57,417 nucleotides of DNA from a virus: IMG/VR virus record IMGVR_UViG_3300029581_000016. One strand, 5' to 3'. Position numbers and translations under genes: made by a program. Positions 8,392-16,945 of this stretch are shown here, piece after piece. How positions within the stretch are numbered: position 1 is the first letter of the stretch; each line of letters starts with the position of its first letter. Below the pieces are notes generated by a model. That model did not search any database. It saw nothing but the letters and a program-made list of their open reading frames with translations, and was not told where the DNA came from.

Positions 8392-9138
8392 ATGGAAGTT
8401 AAAGTAATTGGTTCATTTGAAAGCAAATTTGAAAGCACGAACCAGATTTATGATGTGGGGGGGTGTAGTCCAACATTGAGTACAATGCAAGGTGGAAGCA
8501 GAGAGCCAAAAGTGATTGTAGAAAGTCAGATTCCGTGCAAATTAAATAAAATGCCTGATGGTCATTTAGACAGACTTGATAATGCAAAAATATGTGATGT
8601 CGATACGCCAACAGCAAGTACAGTTACATCAAGATATTACAAAGGAATAGGAGCGCATAAGGACAATATGTGTATAGTTGCAATGCGTGGCAGAAATCCC
8701 GATAATCCGTCCGACAGGTCCGCTGGTAGTCCAACAAAACAAAGGTTAGAGGTAAATACGCAAGGTACAAGTAATTGCCTAACAAGTGTTCAAAAGGATA
8801 ATCTTGTAATGGAAAATGTGATTGCAATAGACGAACAAAACATGAGTGCAAAATTAGACGCTTTCGGAACACTCACAACTGACGGAAGTAGTCCAAAGCA
8901 CAATAACAGAGTTGCAATTAAGCAGAACACAATAGGCAAATATATTTATCCTAAATACCGCATACGAAAATTAACGCCAAGAGAATGTGGGCGGCTGATG
9001 GGTGTATCTGATGAAGATATTAACAAAATGGCAGCAGTAAACAGTGATTCTCAACTATATAAACAGTTCGGGAACAGCATTGTGGTAGATGTTATGTGTG
9101 CTATGTTTAAGAATTTGAATATTAAGCAAGGAGAATAA
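8392..9138 (+). CDS. DNA (cytosine-5) methyltransferase, C-terminal part (several TRD-like segments plus motifs IX and X)
   Basis: SPTLSTMQGG, TVTSRYYKG and FGTLTT are TRD-like. RKLTPRECGRLMG is motif IX and QFGNSIVV is motif X. Confidence 0.8.
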   Translation: MEVKVIGSFESKFESTNQIYDVGGCSPTLSTMQGGSREPKVIVESQIPCKLNKMPDGHLDRLDNAKICDVDTPTASTVTSRYYKGIGAHKDNMCIVAMRGRNPDNPSDRSAGSPTKQRLEVNTQGTSNCLTSVQKDNLVMENVIAIDEQNMSAKLDAFGTLTTDGSSPKHNNRVAIKQNTIGKYIYPKYRIRKLTPRECGRLMGVSDEDINKMAAVNSDSQLYKQFGNSIVVDVMCAMFKNLNIKQGE

Positions 9139-9329
9139 TGTTGACAGACAATACAAAACAGGAAATACAAATAGTTCTAGATTTGCTAAAAGGTAGCCTT
9201 ACAAGGAATGGCGTGTCAATGGGATTCGATAAAGAGAATCATACATTGGTATTCTTTGACACGAATACATTCTTGGAAAGTAATAAAATGGACGGATTCA
9301 GAGTTAAGTTAGAAGATTTAGTGAGATAG
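9138..9329 (+). CDS. hypothetical protein (63 aa)
   Basis: ATG overlaps the upstream stop. RBS aaggag. Confidence 0.5.
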   Translation: MLTDNTKQEIQIVLDLLKGSLTRNGVSMGFDKENHTLVFFDTNTFLESNKMDGFRVKLEDLVR

Positions 9330-9349
9330 AAAACAAAAAGGAGCGGAAT

Positions 9350-9847
9350 ATGGCAGACAAGAGAATGTTCTCAAAAAAGTTAATAGATTCGGATGCGTTC
9401 CTTGATATGCCAATATCGGCGCAGGGTTTATTTTTTCACTTGTGCATGAGAGCGGATGATGACGGCTTTGTGGATGCACCTAAGAGGATTGCGCGGGAAT
9501 GTCAAGCGTCAAGCGAGGACTTGCAGATGTTGATTGACAAGCGGTATATTCTGACATTCCCTAACTCTAACGTCATTGTAATTAAGCATTGGCGGCTACA
9601 TAACACCATACCTAAGGACAGATATAAGCCAACGCTGTACACAGAGGAAAAATCGCAGATAGGTGTTAAGCCTAACGGAGCCTACACAGATGACCCGGCT
9701 AAGATGGTGAGTATGAGCACAACCCAAAGCTCAACACCAAGGACAAAGAACACGTTTAACAAGTTTTCACAGAGAGGATATACGGACGAACAATTCAAAG
9801 AGATGGAACGAAAAATAATACAGAAAGGAGATAAAGATGGCGGCTAA
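9350..9847 (+). CDS. phage replisome organizer (N-terminal domain family)
   Basis: MADKRMFSKKLIDSDAFLDMPISAQGLFFHLCMRADDDGFV is the typical opening of Phage_rep_org_N proteins as I recall them. Confidence 0.7.
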   Translation: MADKRMFSKKLIDSDAFLDMPISAQGLFFHLCMRADDDGFVDAPKRIARECQASSEDLQMLIDKRYILTFPNSNVIVIKHWRLHNTIPKDRYKPTLYTEEKSQIGVKPNGAYTDDPAKMVSMSTTQSSTPRTKNTFNKFSQRGYTDEQFKEMERKIIQKGDKDGG

Positions 9848-10205
9848 CGAAATATATTATAAACGCAAGGCGAACCATGAATGTACATATTGTGGAGCTA
9901 AACTGCCAGACAATTACAAGTTTTCAAAGTGCGAGAATTGCTTGAAAACTGATAGCGAAATGACTAAATACGCAAGGAAAATAGCACTGAAAGCAGGATT
10001 ATGTACAATATGCAAGACAAGGAAAGCACGCCCGGGCAGAGTAACTTGCGAAATATGCGGACGAAAGAAATCAGACGAGGTTATGGCACGGCGAAAGCGG
10101 CTTAAGGCACAAGGGTTGTGTACTATGTGCGGGAAAGTGCCGCACATAGAAAGCTCCTGCCTATGCGAGGAGTGCAAAATCAAATGGAGGGGGTATAACT
10201 ATTGA
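9837..10205 (+). CDS. protein with repeated CxxC zinc-ribbon units
   Basis: Four CxxC...CxxC units (CTYCG, CENC, CTICK, CEICG, CTMCG, CEEC). Confidence 0.55.
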   Translation: MAANEIYYKRKANHECTYCGAKLPDNYKFSKCENCLKTDSEMTKYARKIALKAGLCTICKTRKARPGRVTCEICGRKKSDEVMARRKRLKAQGLCTMCGKVPHIESSCLCEECKIKWRGYNY

Positions 10206-10372
10206 TGGCAACGACAATAGCTTTTTTGACCGGAACGATATTATCAGCTATGGCAACATTCCTGATAGTGGGAGCAAGCAAAAACAATACAATTATTGAA
10301 GCATACGAAGAGGGTTACAGAGATGGGTTAAATGCAGCCGGAAACGGAGTAAAATATGACGAGGTTCGCTGA
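10205..10372 (+). CDS. small membrane protein (55 aa)
   Basis: Below the track cutoff. Has an N-terminal hydrophobic helix (IAFLTGTILSAMATFLIVGA). Confidence 0.35.
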   Translation: MATTIAFLTGTILSAMATFLIVGASKNNTIIEAYEEGYRDGLNAAGNGVKYDEVR

Positions 10373-10559
10373 CAATCTCCGGGTGCTTATGGCACGGCAA
10401 AAGGTGTCACAGTTTAAGCTTGCCAGTGATTTAGGCTTGTCTCAGGCACAGGTGAGCAAGTATTTATGTCACAAGGCATACCCTAGACCGCATACGTTAG
10501 ATAAGATAGCAACGTACTTTAATGTGAGTACTGATGAACTTGAATGCGAAAGAATGTGA
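10356..10559 (+). CDS. XRE-family helix-turn-helix protein
   Basis: NLRVLMARQKVSQFKLASDLGLSQAQVSKY is a classic HTH_3 pattern. Confidence 0.7.
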   Translation: MTRFADNLRVLMARQKVSQFKLASDLGLSQAQVSKYLCHKAYPRPHTLDKIATYFNVSTDELECERM

Positions 10560-10572
10560 GGAGTGACAGACA

Positions 10573-10965
10573 ATGGCTAAGAGCGACAAGAAGATACACG
10601 AATACAGAATGTCGGGTGCGGCGTGGATATTAGATATCGCACAGAGATACGGCATTGACGAAGCGGTTAAGGAATTGAAGCAGAGGAACGCCGAGTTTAT
10701 TCCGCTTGAAGTATCGCACGAAGAATTAGAAGCGTGTACCAAGCGGATAAAGAACAATACTGTTGATTCTATATGTCTGTTATCAGCGGTCACGCTCCGA
10801 GATGAGTTTGACTTCGGGCGTTCAAGATTAAACCGATTTATGGATAGGTTTAATAGCAAGGCAGAATGCCTTGCCGATGACGATGTGAGTTGGACGGACA
10901 TGAGACAGACCATGCGTGAAGAGTGTGGCTTGGACTTTAACTGGCGAAGAGAAGAGGGAGAATAG
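10573..10965 (+). CDS. hypothetical protein (130 aa)
   Basis: Clean ORF with RBS gaggag. Confidence 0.55.
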   Translation: MAKSDKKIHEYRMSGAAWILDIAQRYGIDEAVKELKQRNAEFIPLEVSHEELEACTKRIKNNTVDSICLLSAVTLRDEFDFGRSRLNRFMDRFNSKAECLADDDVSWTDMRQTMREECGLDFNWRREEGE

Positions 10966-10980
10966 GAGGAATAACGGTTT

Positions 10981-11184
10981 ATGAAGCTGTCAAAGCTGAC
11001 TAAGCCGGAGCTTGATGAAATTATTAACAACGCCAACTTCACAGAAGAAGAGATTGAAGTTTTTAAACTTCTTGCAAGAGGTAAAACGATAACGGAGATT
11101 GCACAGCAAGTATCGGTATGCAATCGTACAGTGAACAGGCGGATTAAAAAAATTAAGTCAAAAATCAGCAGATTGGAGGGGTAA
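10981..11184 (+). CDS. sigma-70 region-4 / LuxR-type HTH small regulator
   Basis: FTEEEIEVFKLLARGKTITEIAQQVSVCNRTVNRRIKKI. Confidence 0.6.
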   Translation: MKLSKLTKPELDEIINNANFTEEEIEVFKLLARGKTITEIAQQVSVCNRTVNRRIKKIKSKISRLEG

Positions 11185-11186
11185 TC

Positions 11187-11288
11187 ATGGTGATTGTGAC
11201 ACAGAATGGCAGGGAGATTAAGACAGGCGAAATCAAATTGCCGGACAAGACCAAAGAACTGATTGCATCAATAATTGACAATCAGTAA
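11187..11288 (+). CDS. tiny ORF (33 aa)
   Basis: RBS ggagggg. Ends just before a strong terminator. Very short. Confidence 0.3.
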   Translation: MVIVTQNGREIKTGEIKLPDKTKELIASIIDNQ

Positions 11289-11300
11289 ATATGAGCGTAA

Positions 11301-11338
11301 AATGTGCCGTAACGCGATAAGTACGGCACATTCTTTTT
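11301..11338 (+). terminator. intrinsic terminator
   Basis: 11-bp stem aatgtgccgta/tacggcacatt followed by cttttt. Confidence 0.8.
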
Positions 11339-11354
11339 AAGAGGAGGTTAAACA

Positions 11355-12716
11355 ATGGAATGTGTTGCGTACATGAGAGTATCAACGGAAAGGCAAGCCG
11401 AAGAAGGCAACGGACTTGAGAGCCAAAAGAGAGACATTCTCGACTACTGCTCCAAGAACGAACTAATCGTGACAGATTGGTATGTTGACGATGGTTACAC
11501 CGGGGCAAATATGAACCGCCCTGAGCTTCAAAGGCTTGTTGCTGACTGTAAGCATAAGAGGATATACTGTGTGGTGGCTTTTAAGCTCGACAGATTATCA
11601 AGGAATATGATTGACGGTCTATATATGATTGAGAAGATATTCCAACCGAACGGCGTACAGTTCAAGTGTGTGCATGATAGCGTAAACTACGACAGCCCAA
11701 TGGAACAGGCATATACTCAGATGATGGCAGTTTTTGCACAGCTTGACAAAAATACAATGATGTTGCGTATGCGTGGCGGTATGTTAGAAAGAGTGAAGCA
11801 AGGTTACTGGATGGGTGGTGGCAACTTGCCTTATTGCTACAGCTATGACAAGGATAGTGGAATCTTAATCCCTATTGCAGAACGCAAAGAACAGGCAAAT
11901 AAGGCACTTGAATTGTATATAAGTGGGTATTCGGATGCGATGATATGCGAAATATGCGGATATAAAGGAGAGCGTGTTGTCAATCGTATACTTACAAGCA
12001 CTGTCAACATCGGCATGATACCATACAAGGGCAAGATATATCAAGGTTTGCATGAGCCTATATTCAACAAGGAGCAGTTTGAACTTGCGCAACAGTTGAG
12101 AAAATCTCGAAGCTGCAATAAAGCAAGTTGCATAACTGAACCGAACTTATTGACAGGCTTATGTTATTGCGGTGTGTGCGGATGCGCCATGAGATACCAG
12201 AAGTGGACGCATGGAAAGCACAAGATATATTGCATGTCAAGAAATAAAGCTATGTCTTATCTGCCGAACCACAAGCCGGACTGCAATAATTCGCTTGAAT
12301 GGGCGGACGATATAGAGGAGCAAGTCGAGAAAGAAATGCTCAAAATATCGCTTGACTTATCATCGTACAAGCCTAAGGAGAAGGAAACGAAGCTTGATAT
12401 TATGCAGTCACAGCTTGACAAGGAACAGGCAAAATTGAAAAGGCTTTACGGCTTGTATGCGGATGGCAACGACACAGTGTTGAGCATGATTAAGGAGCTT
12501 GAAGCAAATATATCTGCGATTAAGGAGAACATTGCAGAAGAACGGAAGAACTTTTCGGCAAGACAGAAGAATACTATTGTATATGACGAAATAAAAAAAC
12601 TTGCCGATGTTTGGGACAGCATCGACAAGAAACAAAAAAATATGATATTAAAAACTATAATTGACAAGATAATCATTGTCAACGGAAATATTGAGATACA
12701 ATTAAAGAATTTTTAG
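11355..12716 (+). CDS. int: large serine recombinase (integrase)
   Basis: YMRVSTERQ catalytic serine motif, DRLSRN, a recombinase domain, the zinc ribbon CYCGVCGC..HKIYC and a C-terminal coiled coil. RBS aagaggagg. Confidence 0.9.
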   Translation: MECVAYMRVSTERQAEEGNGLESQKRDILDYCSKNELIVTDWYVDDGYTGANMNRPELQRLVADCKHKRIYCVVAFKLDRLSRNMIDGLYMIEKIFQPNGVQFKCVHDSVNYDSPMEQAYTQMMAVFAQLDKNTMMLRMRGGMLERVKQGYWMGGGNLPYCYSYDKDSGILIPIAERKEQANKALELYISGYSDAMICEICGYKGERVVNRILTSTVNIGMIPYKGKIYQGLHEPIFNKEQFELAQQLRKSRSCNKASCITEPNLLTGLCYCGVCGCAMRYQKWTHGKHKIYCMSRNKAMSYLPNHKPDCNNSLEWADDIEEQVEKEMLKISLDLSSYKPKEKETKLDIMQSQLDKEQAKLKRLYGLYADGNDTVLSMIKELEANISAIKENIAEERKNFSARQKNTIVYDEIKKLADVWDSIDKKQKNMILKTIIDKIIIVNGNIEIQLKNF

Positions 12717-12878
12717 CACTTACTGTATGCCATCCCTACGGCGGTATGCTAGTGCTAATGCCGTATTTATCGCGTTTTTTCAAAGTGGAAATTGAATATT
12801 TGTCGCTTTTATGTCGCCAAGCTGTCGCTTTAGGCGGCTTTTTTTATGCCAAAATATAAGCAAAAGGAGGGGTAACCG

Positions 12879-13040
12879 ATGTTGTCAGACAAAGTAATTG
12901 AGAAGATTTTCGCGAAAGAGGAAATTCAAAAAGCAGACCTGATGACGGTATCTCTTATTATTCACGCAGTTGGCGAAGCTATCGAGGAGGTAGAAGAAGA
13001 AAATGCAAATAAACAATCCTCAATACAACAATCCTTATAA
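12879..13040 (+). CDS. small acidic protein (53 aa)
   Basis: RBS aaaaggagggg. Overlaps the next ORF by 38 nt. Below the track cutoff. Confidence 0.35.
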   Translation: MLSDKVIEKIFAKEEIQKADLMTVSLIIHAVGEAIEEVEEENANKQSSIQQSL

Positions 13041-13539
13041 CATTCCGAGCTATTATCCACAGCAGTACACAGGTTATCCACAATACTTACAGCAAATGCA
13101 GGCGGCAAGGTATCAGCCTCAGGAACAGGCACCGGTGCAGATGCAGGGAACATATCAGCAACAGTCAGTAGGCATCAATGGGCGAATGGTACAGTCTGTT
13201 GAGAACATCAACGCTAATGAAGTGCCTATGGACGGCTCAATGGCGTTTTTCCCCAAGCAAGATATGTCGGAAATATACGTCAAGGGTTGGAACGCTGATG
13301 GGACAATTAAGACGATTGTGTATAAGCCCCAAATAGACAATAAATCTGTGCAAGCGGTAAATACTTCACTTGATACGGAAAAACTCAAAATTGACCTATC
13401 AGAGCAAGTTACAGCAGGCATTATGCAACGCTTCGATGACTTATCAGCCAAGATTGAGCAGTTGGAGAACAAGGTAGCTTTAGGGACGCAGAGAAAAACT
13501 TCGCAATCGCAAAGCAAAAAGGAGAGTGACGAGGCATGA
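13003..13539 (+). CDS. Q/N/Y/P-rich N-terminus plus coiled-coil protein
   Basis: MQINNPQYNNPYNIPSYYPQQYTGYPQYLQQMQ..., then a globular segment and a C-terminal coiled coil. Confidence 0.6.
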   Translation: MQINNPQYNNPYNIPSYYPQQYTGYPQYLQQMQAARYQPQEQAPVQMQGTYQQQSVGINGRMVQSVENINANEVPMDGSMAFFPKQDMSEIYVKGWNADGTIKTIVYKPQIDNKSVQAVNTSLDTEKLKIDLSEQVTAGIMQRFDDLSAKIEQLENKVALGTQRKTSQSQSKKESDEA

Positions 13540-13772
13540 TAAACCCAATGCAGTTAATTCAAATGATGCGTGGCGGCAATCCGCAGCAGTTTTTACAACA
13601 GATGATGGGGAATAACAGCGTAATGAGCAACCCTATGGCTAGAAACGCTATGCAGATGGCTCAAAAAGGAGATTCCAAGGGCATAGAGCAGATGGCTAGG
13701 AATTTGTGTCAAGAAAAAGGGTTAAATGCAGATGATGTATTTAATCAGATAAAAAGTAGATTTGGTAATTAA
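13536..13772 (+). CDS. Q/M/N-rich small protein
   Basis: ATGA overlap. Sequence MINPMQLIQMMRGGNPQQFLQQMMGNNSVMSNPMARNAMQMAQ. Confidence 0.55.
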   Translation: MINPMQLIQMMRGGNPQQFLQQMMGNNSVMSNPMARNAMQMAQKGDSKGIEQMARNLCQEKGLNADDVFNQIKSRFGN

Positions 13773-13842
13773 TAGCATATTAGATGTCTTTGCAAACTAC
13801 CTAGGTGACATCTTTATGAATATATTTTTAGGAGGTAACAAT

Positions 13843-14631
13843 ATGTTTTCAAACTCAAATTGTGCCAGCGTGCCATTAGTCGCGAACATTGACGGCAACA
13901 GCAATAACGGCGGATGGGCTGACGGTGGATGGCTTTGGATAATCGTTGTATTTGCCTTGCTCTTTGGATGGGGCAATGGCGGATTTGGCGGTTTTGGTGG
14001 CAACAATGGCGGTGGCTATGTTGCGACAGCGGCTACACAGGCTGATATTCAGAGAGGCTTCGACAATTCGGCAGTTATCAGCAAGTTAGACGGCATTTCC
14101 AACGGACTTTGCGATGGTTTTTATGCTATGAATAACAGTATGCTTACCGGCTTCAATGGTATTAACACAAATATCATGCAGACCGGTTATGGCATCCAGC
14201 AGGCTATCAACGCTGATACAGTCGCTAATATGCAGAATACAAACGCTTTACAGTCACAGCTCGCTAACTGTTGCTGTGAGACAAGAGAAGCCATACAGGG
14301 TGTGAACTACAATATGGCAACTAACACCTGCGCTTTGCAGAACACAATGAATAATAATACAAGAGATATTATCGACAGCCAGCAGGCAGGAACTAGAGCA
14401 ATCCTTGACTTCTTGACAAATGACAAGATTGCAACCTTACAGGCAGAGAACAACGATTTACGCAGAGCTGCTTCACAGGATAGACAGAATGCACTTCTGA
14501 CTACCACAATGGCAGCACAGACAAATCAGATAATCGACGCTATAAGGCCTACACCAGTACCATCATTCCCGGCAAGCAACCTTTACGGATATGCTTATGG
14601 ATGTGGTTGCAATACAGGTTGTGGCTGCTAA
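13843..14631 (+). CDS. Gly-rich single-pass membrane protein with Cys clusters
   Basis: RBS ggaggt. Has GGWADGGWLWIIVVFALLFGWGNGGFGGFGGNNGGG, an NCCCE motif and the C-terminus YGCGCNTGCGC. Confidence 0.6.
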   Translation: MFSNSNCASVPLVANIDGNSNNGGWADGGWLWIIVVFALLFGWGNGGFGGFGGNNGGGYVATAATQADIQRGFDNSAVISKLDGISNGLCDGFYAMNNSMLTGFNGINTNIMQTGYGIQQAINADTVANMQNTNALQSQLANCCCETREAIQGVNYNMATNTCALQNTMNNNTRDIIDSQQAGTRAILDFLTNDKIATLQAENNDLRRAASQDRQNALLTTTMAAQTNQIIDAIRPTPVPSFPASNLYGYAYGCGCNTGCGC

Positions 14632-14806
14632 ACAACTGAATAATCAAGTATCTTAATCAGATTGGGTGCTTTTGAGTTCCACTCGAAAGAAAACTCGAAA
14701 GATTATGTCTGCTAAGCAGTATTACGTTGGTACCGACATTGATGTCGGGAGCATGGGGCAGACTTGTATGGTTTGCCCTTATTTTTTAGAAAGAGAGGTA
14801 AAAACA

Positions 14807-15226
14807 ATGGAAATTACAGGAATCGCATTACAAACAGTTGCTGCTGGCGAGGATGTGGCGTTTACAGAAACACCAGTTTGCGGTAGTAAGTGTATCGTAC
14901 ACAGACAGGGAAGTGGAATTATCAAGTTAAGAGGTATTACAAATCAGTGCAAAGCAAGATTTTTAGTATCTTATAGTGGAAACATTCAGATACCTACAGG
15001 CGGCACAGTTGAAGAGATTTCACTTGCCATAGCAGTAGACGGAGAGCCTTTACAGTCTACAAAGATGATAGTCACTCCAGCAGCAGTTCAAAATTTATTT
15101 AACGTATCGGCACAAGCATATGTTGATGTACCTTGCGGCTGTTGCAGTACAGTAGCGGTGCAGAATACATCTACGCAGGCTATTGAGGTACAGAACAGTA
15201 ACTTAATTGCAGTAAGGGAGGCTTGA
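14807..15226 (+). CDS. all-beta small protein, possibly a C1q/TNF-like (BclA C-terminal-like) jelly roll
   Basis: Alternating beta pattern ...RFLVSYSGNIQIP...ISLAIAVDGEPL...VAVQNTS..IEVQNSNLIAVR. The fold assignment is by resemblance only. Confidence 0.55.
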   Translation: MEITGIALQTVAAGEDVAFTETPVCGSKCIVHRQGSGIIKLRGITNQCKARFLVSYSGNIQIPTGGTVEEISLAIAVDGEPLQSTKMIVTPAAVQNLFNVSAQAYVDVPCGCCSTVAVQNTSTQAIEVQNSNLIAVREA

Positions 15227-15232
15227 CGTAAT

Positions 15233-15964
15233 ATGCACATTGAAAGAATCCACAAAATGATTGAATGTCTTACAGAGAAAGCCTTATGCGAGCTTGATAA
15301 GGGTGTTGAGAATGTCAACACAGAGGAAATGGGCGAAGCGGTCGATATGATTAAGGACTTGTGCGAGGCAGAGTACAAGGCTGTTATCGTTAAGTCTATG
15401 AAGAAAGCTGATGAGGAAGAGGAAGAGTATAACAAGGAACTTCTTAGAACCTTAAAGGATGAGTATGGCGAAGAGGGCGGCAGAAGATACTATGATGAAT
15501 ACCGCTATATGCGTACTGGCAGGTATGCACCAAAGGGCAAGGGCAGTTATGTAGGCAGACGCGGCTACGAGGAGCCACCATACTGGCACAGATACCCGGG
15601 CGATATGACAGATATGGATTATGACAGCATGGAGCGCATGAGAAACATGGACAGATTAAGCCGGGGCAGAATGTATTACACCGACATGTCAGACCGCATG
15701 GGAATGATAGACCAGCCGAGAAGTGGCAGTGCTGCCGAGCGTGATATGCGTGAGGGTAGAAGTGGCATGAGCCGCAAGCATTACATGGAGACTAAGGAAC
15801 AGCACAAGGCTAACACCCAGCAGGACAAGGACGCAAAAATGCAGTCACTTGATGAATACATGAAGGAGCTGTCAACGGACTTAACCGACATGATAAGCGA
15901 CATGACACCAGAAGAGCGTTCACTTATGAAGAGCAAAATGTCAATCCTGTTGACTAAAATGTGA
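15233..15964 (+). CDS. acidic/R-Y-G-D-M-rich low-complexity protein
   Basis: EEEEEYNKELL..GGRRYYDEYRYMRTGRYAPKGKGSYVGRRGYEEPPYWHRYPGDMTDMDYDSMERMRNMD. Confidence 0.6.
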   Translation: MHIERIHKMIECLTEKALCELDKGVENVNTEEMGEAVDMIKDLCEAEYKAVIVKSMKKADEEEEEYNKELLRTLKDEYGEEGGRRYYDEYRYMRTGRYAPKGKGSYVGRRGYEEPPYWHRYPGDMTDMDYDSMERMRNMDRLSRGRMYYTDMSDRMGMIDQPRSGSAAERDMREGRSGMSRKHYMETKEQHKANTQQDKDAKMQSLDEYMKELSTDLTDMISDMTPEERSLMKSKMSILLTKM

Positions 15965-16010
15965 TTTATGAGGTAGGGGCAGAAATGCTCCTACCATTGT
16001 GAGGTATAAT

Positions 16011-16331
16011 ATGTTTACAATCAACGGCATTAACTGGAGCTTAATATTCGTCAATAATTCAAGTCCTGACTTGTTGCGTTCAGACGGCACTACAAGTCTT
16101 GCTGTGACCGACTGGAACCGCAAGAGTATATTTGTATCACTAGCACCTAAAGGGGCTTATCTGAGGCGTATAATCGCTCATGAGCTATGCCATGCGTTTT
16201 GCTTTAGTTATGACATATCAATGCCGATTGAGCAGGAGGAATACCTTGCCAACTGGATAAGCTTGTACGGCACTGATTTGATTTATTTGCTTGATGGTAT
16301 TATGTCAAGTTTATCACGGAGGGCAGTATGA
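16011..16331 (+). CDS. small HExxH zinc-metallopeptidase-like protein
   Basis: IAHELCHAF motif. The ATG at 16011 follows gaggt. Confidence 0.55.
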   Translation: MFTINGINWSLIFVNNSSPDLLRSDGTTSLAVTDWNRKSIFVSLAPKGAYLRRIIAHELCHAFCFSYDISMPIEQEEYLANWISLYGTDLIYLLDGIMSSLSRRAV

Positions 16332-16468
16332 CAGCGGAACAGTTATTAGAGTACATCCGGAGAACTAACCCGGAAATGACAATGGAGCGCATGATATACG
16401 AGCTTAGCCAAAGCATATATACGGCTAAATCTGTGATTTTTACGGCGCAAAATCAAGTCAAAAAATAA
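16328..16468 (+). CDS. tiny ORF (46 aa)
   Basis: ATGA overlap with the upstream stop. Confidence 0.4.
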   Translation: MTAEQLLEYIRRTNPEMTMERMIYELSQSIYTAKSVIFTAQNQVKK

Positions 16469-16909
16469 TGCAAAAATTTTTAATCGCCCCCACCTATGGA
16501 AATGAAAAATAAAAAATCGAAGTCAAATTCTTGTGAAATTTGGCTTCGATTTGGTGTCATTTTGTCTGATATTCTCGATATTTTTTTTCAAAAATTTTCC
16601 CTAAAATTTTTGGGTCAACATTTTTGGTACGCCCCTATACCCGAAACGCAAAATATAAAAACCGATTTACGATTTTGCCAAAATTTGGCTCTGATTTGGT
16701 GTTGTTTTTGAGCCAAAAACAGCTCTGTATGACAGCGGGACCAGTAGAATGTCACACCCAAAATCGCCCGGCTCTGCCTATGACAACGAAGTTAGGCACA
16801 ACAAACAGACCCCCAAACAGCATCACGTTACAAGCCGCCGCTCATTAAGGGTGCAGTTGTCCGCTTGATGATAAAATAGCACTTCGATTTCAATTTGTCA
16901 AGGAACGAC

Positions 16910-16939
16910 AAAAAGAGAACTTCTGAAAGTTCTCTTTTT
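16910..16939. terminator. bidirectional intrinsic terminator
   Basis: 9-bp stem agagaactt/aagttctct with loop ctga, flanked by AAAA on one side and TTTT on the other. It ends the leftward operon. Confidence 0.75.
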
Positions 16940-16945
16940 AACTGC

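Noticed and set aside
8048-8407. 119-aa ORF in the +1 frame bridging the two methyltransferase ORFs, as an independent gene.
   Set aside because: Most of it overlaps the well-conserved frame of 7216-8277. Only its last ~40 codons look meaningful (TRD-like). I interpret it as part of the broken or split MTase rather than a separate gene.
16496-16848. Track ORFs 16496-16711 and 16624-16848 (MEMKNKKSKS..., MVRPYTRNAKYK...).
   Set aside because: They have no Shine-Dalgarno sequence and sit in AT-rich homopolymer-laden DNA with promoter and terminator signals on the other strand. I treated the interval as non-coding.
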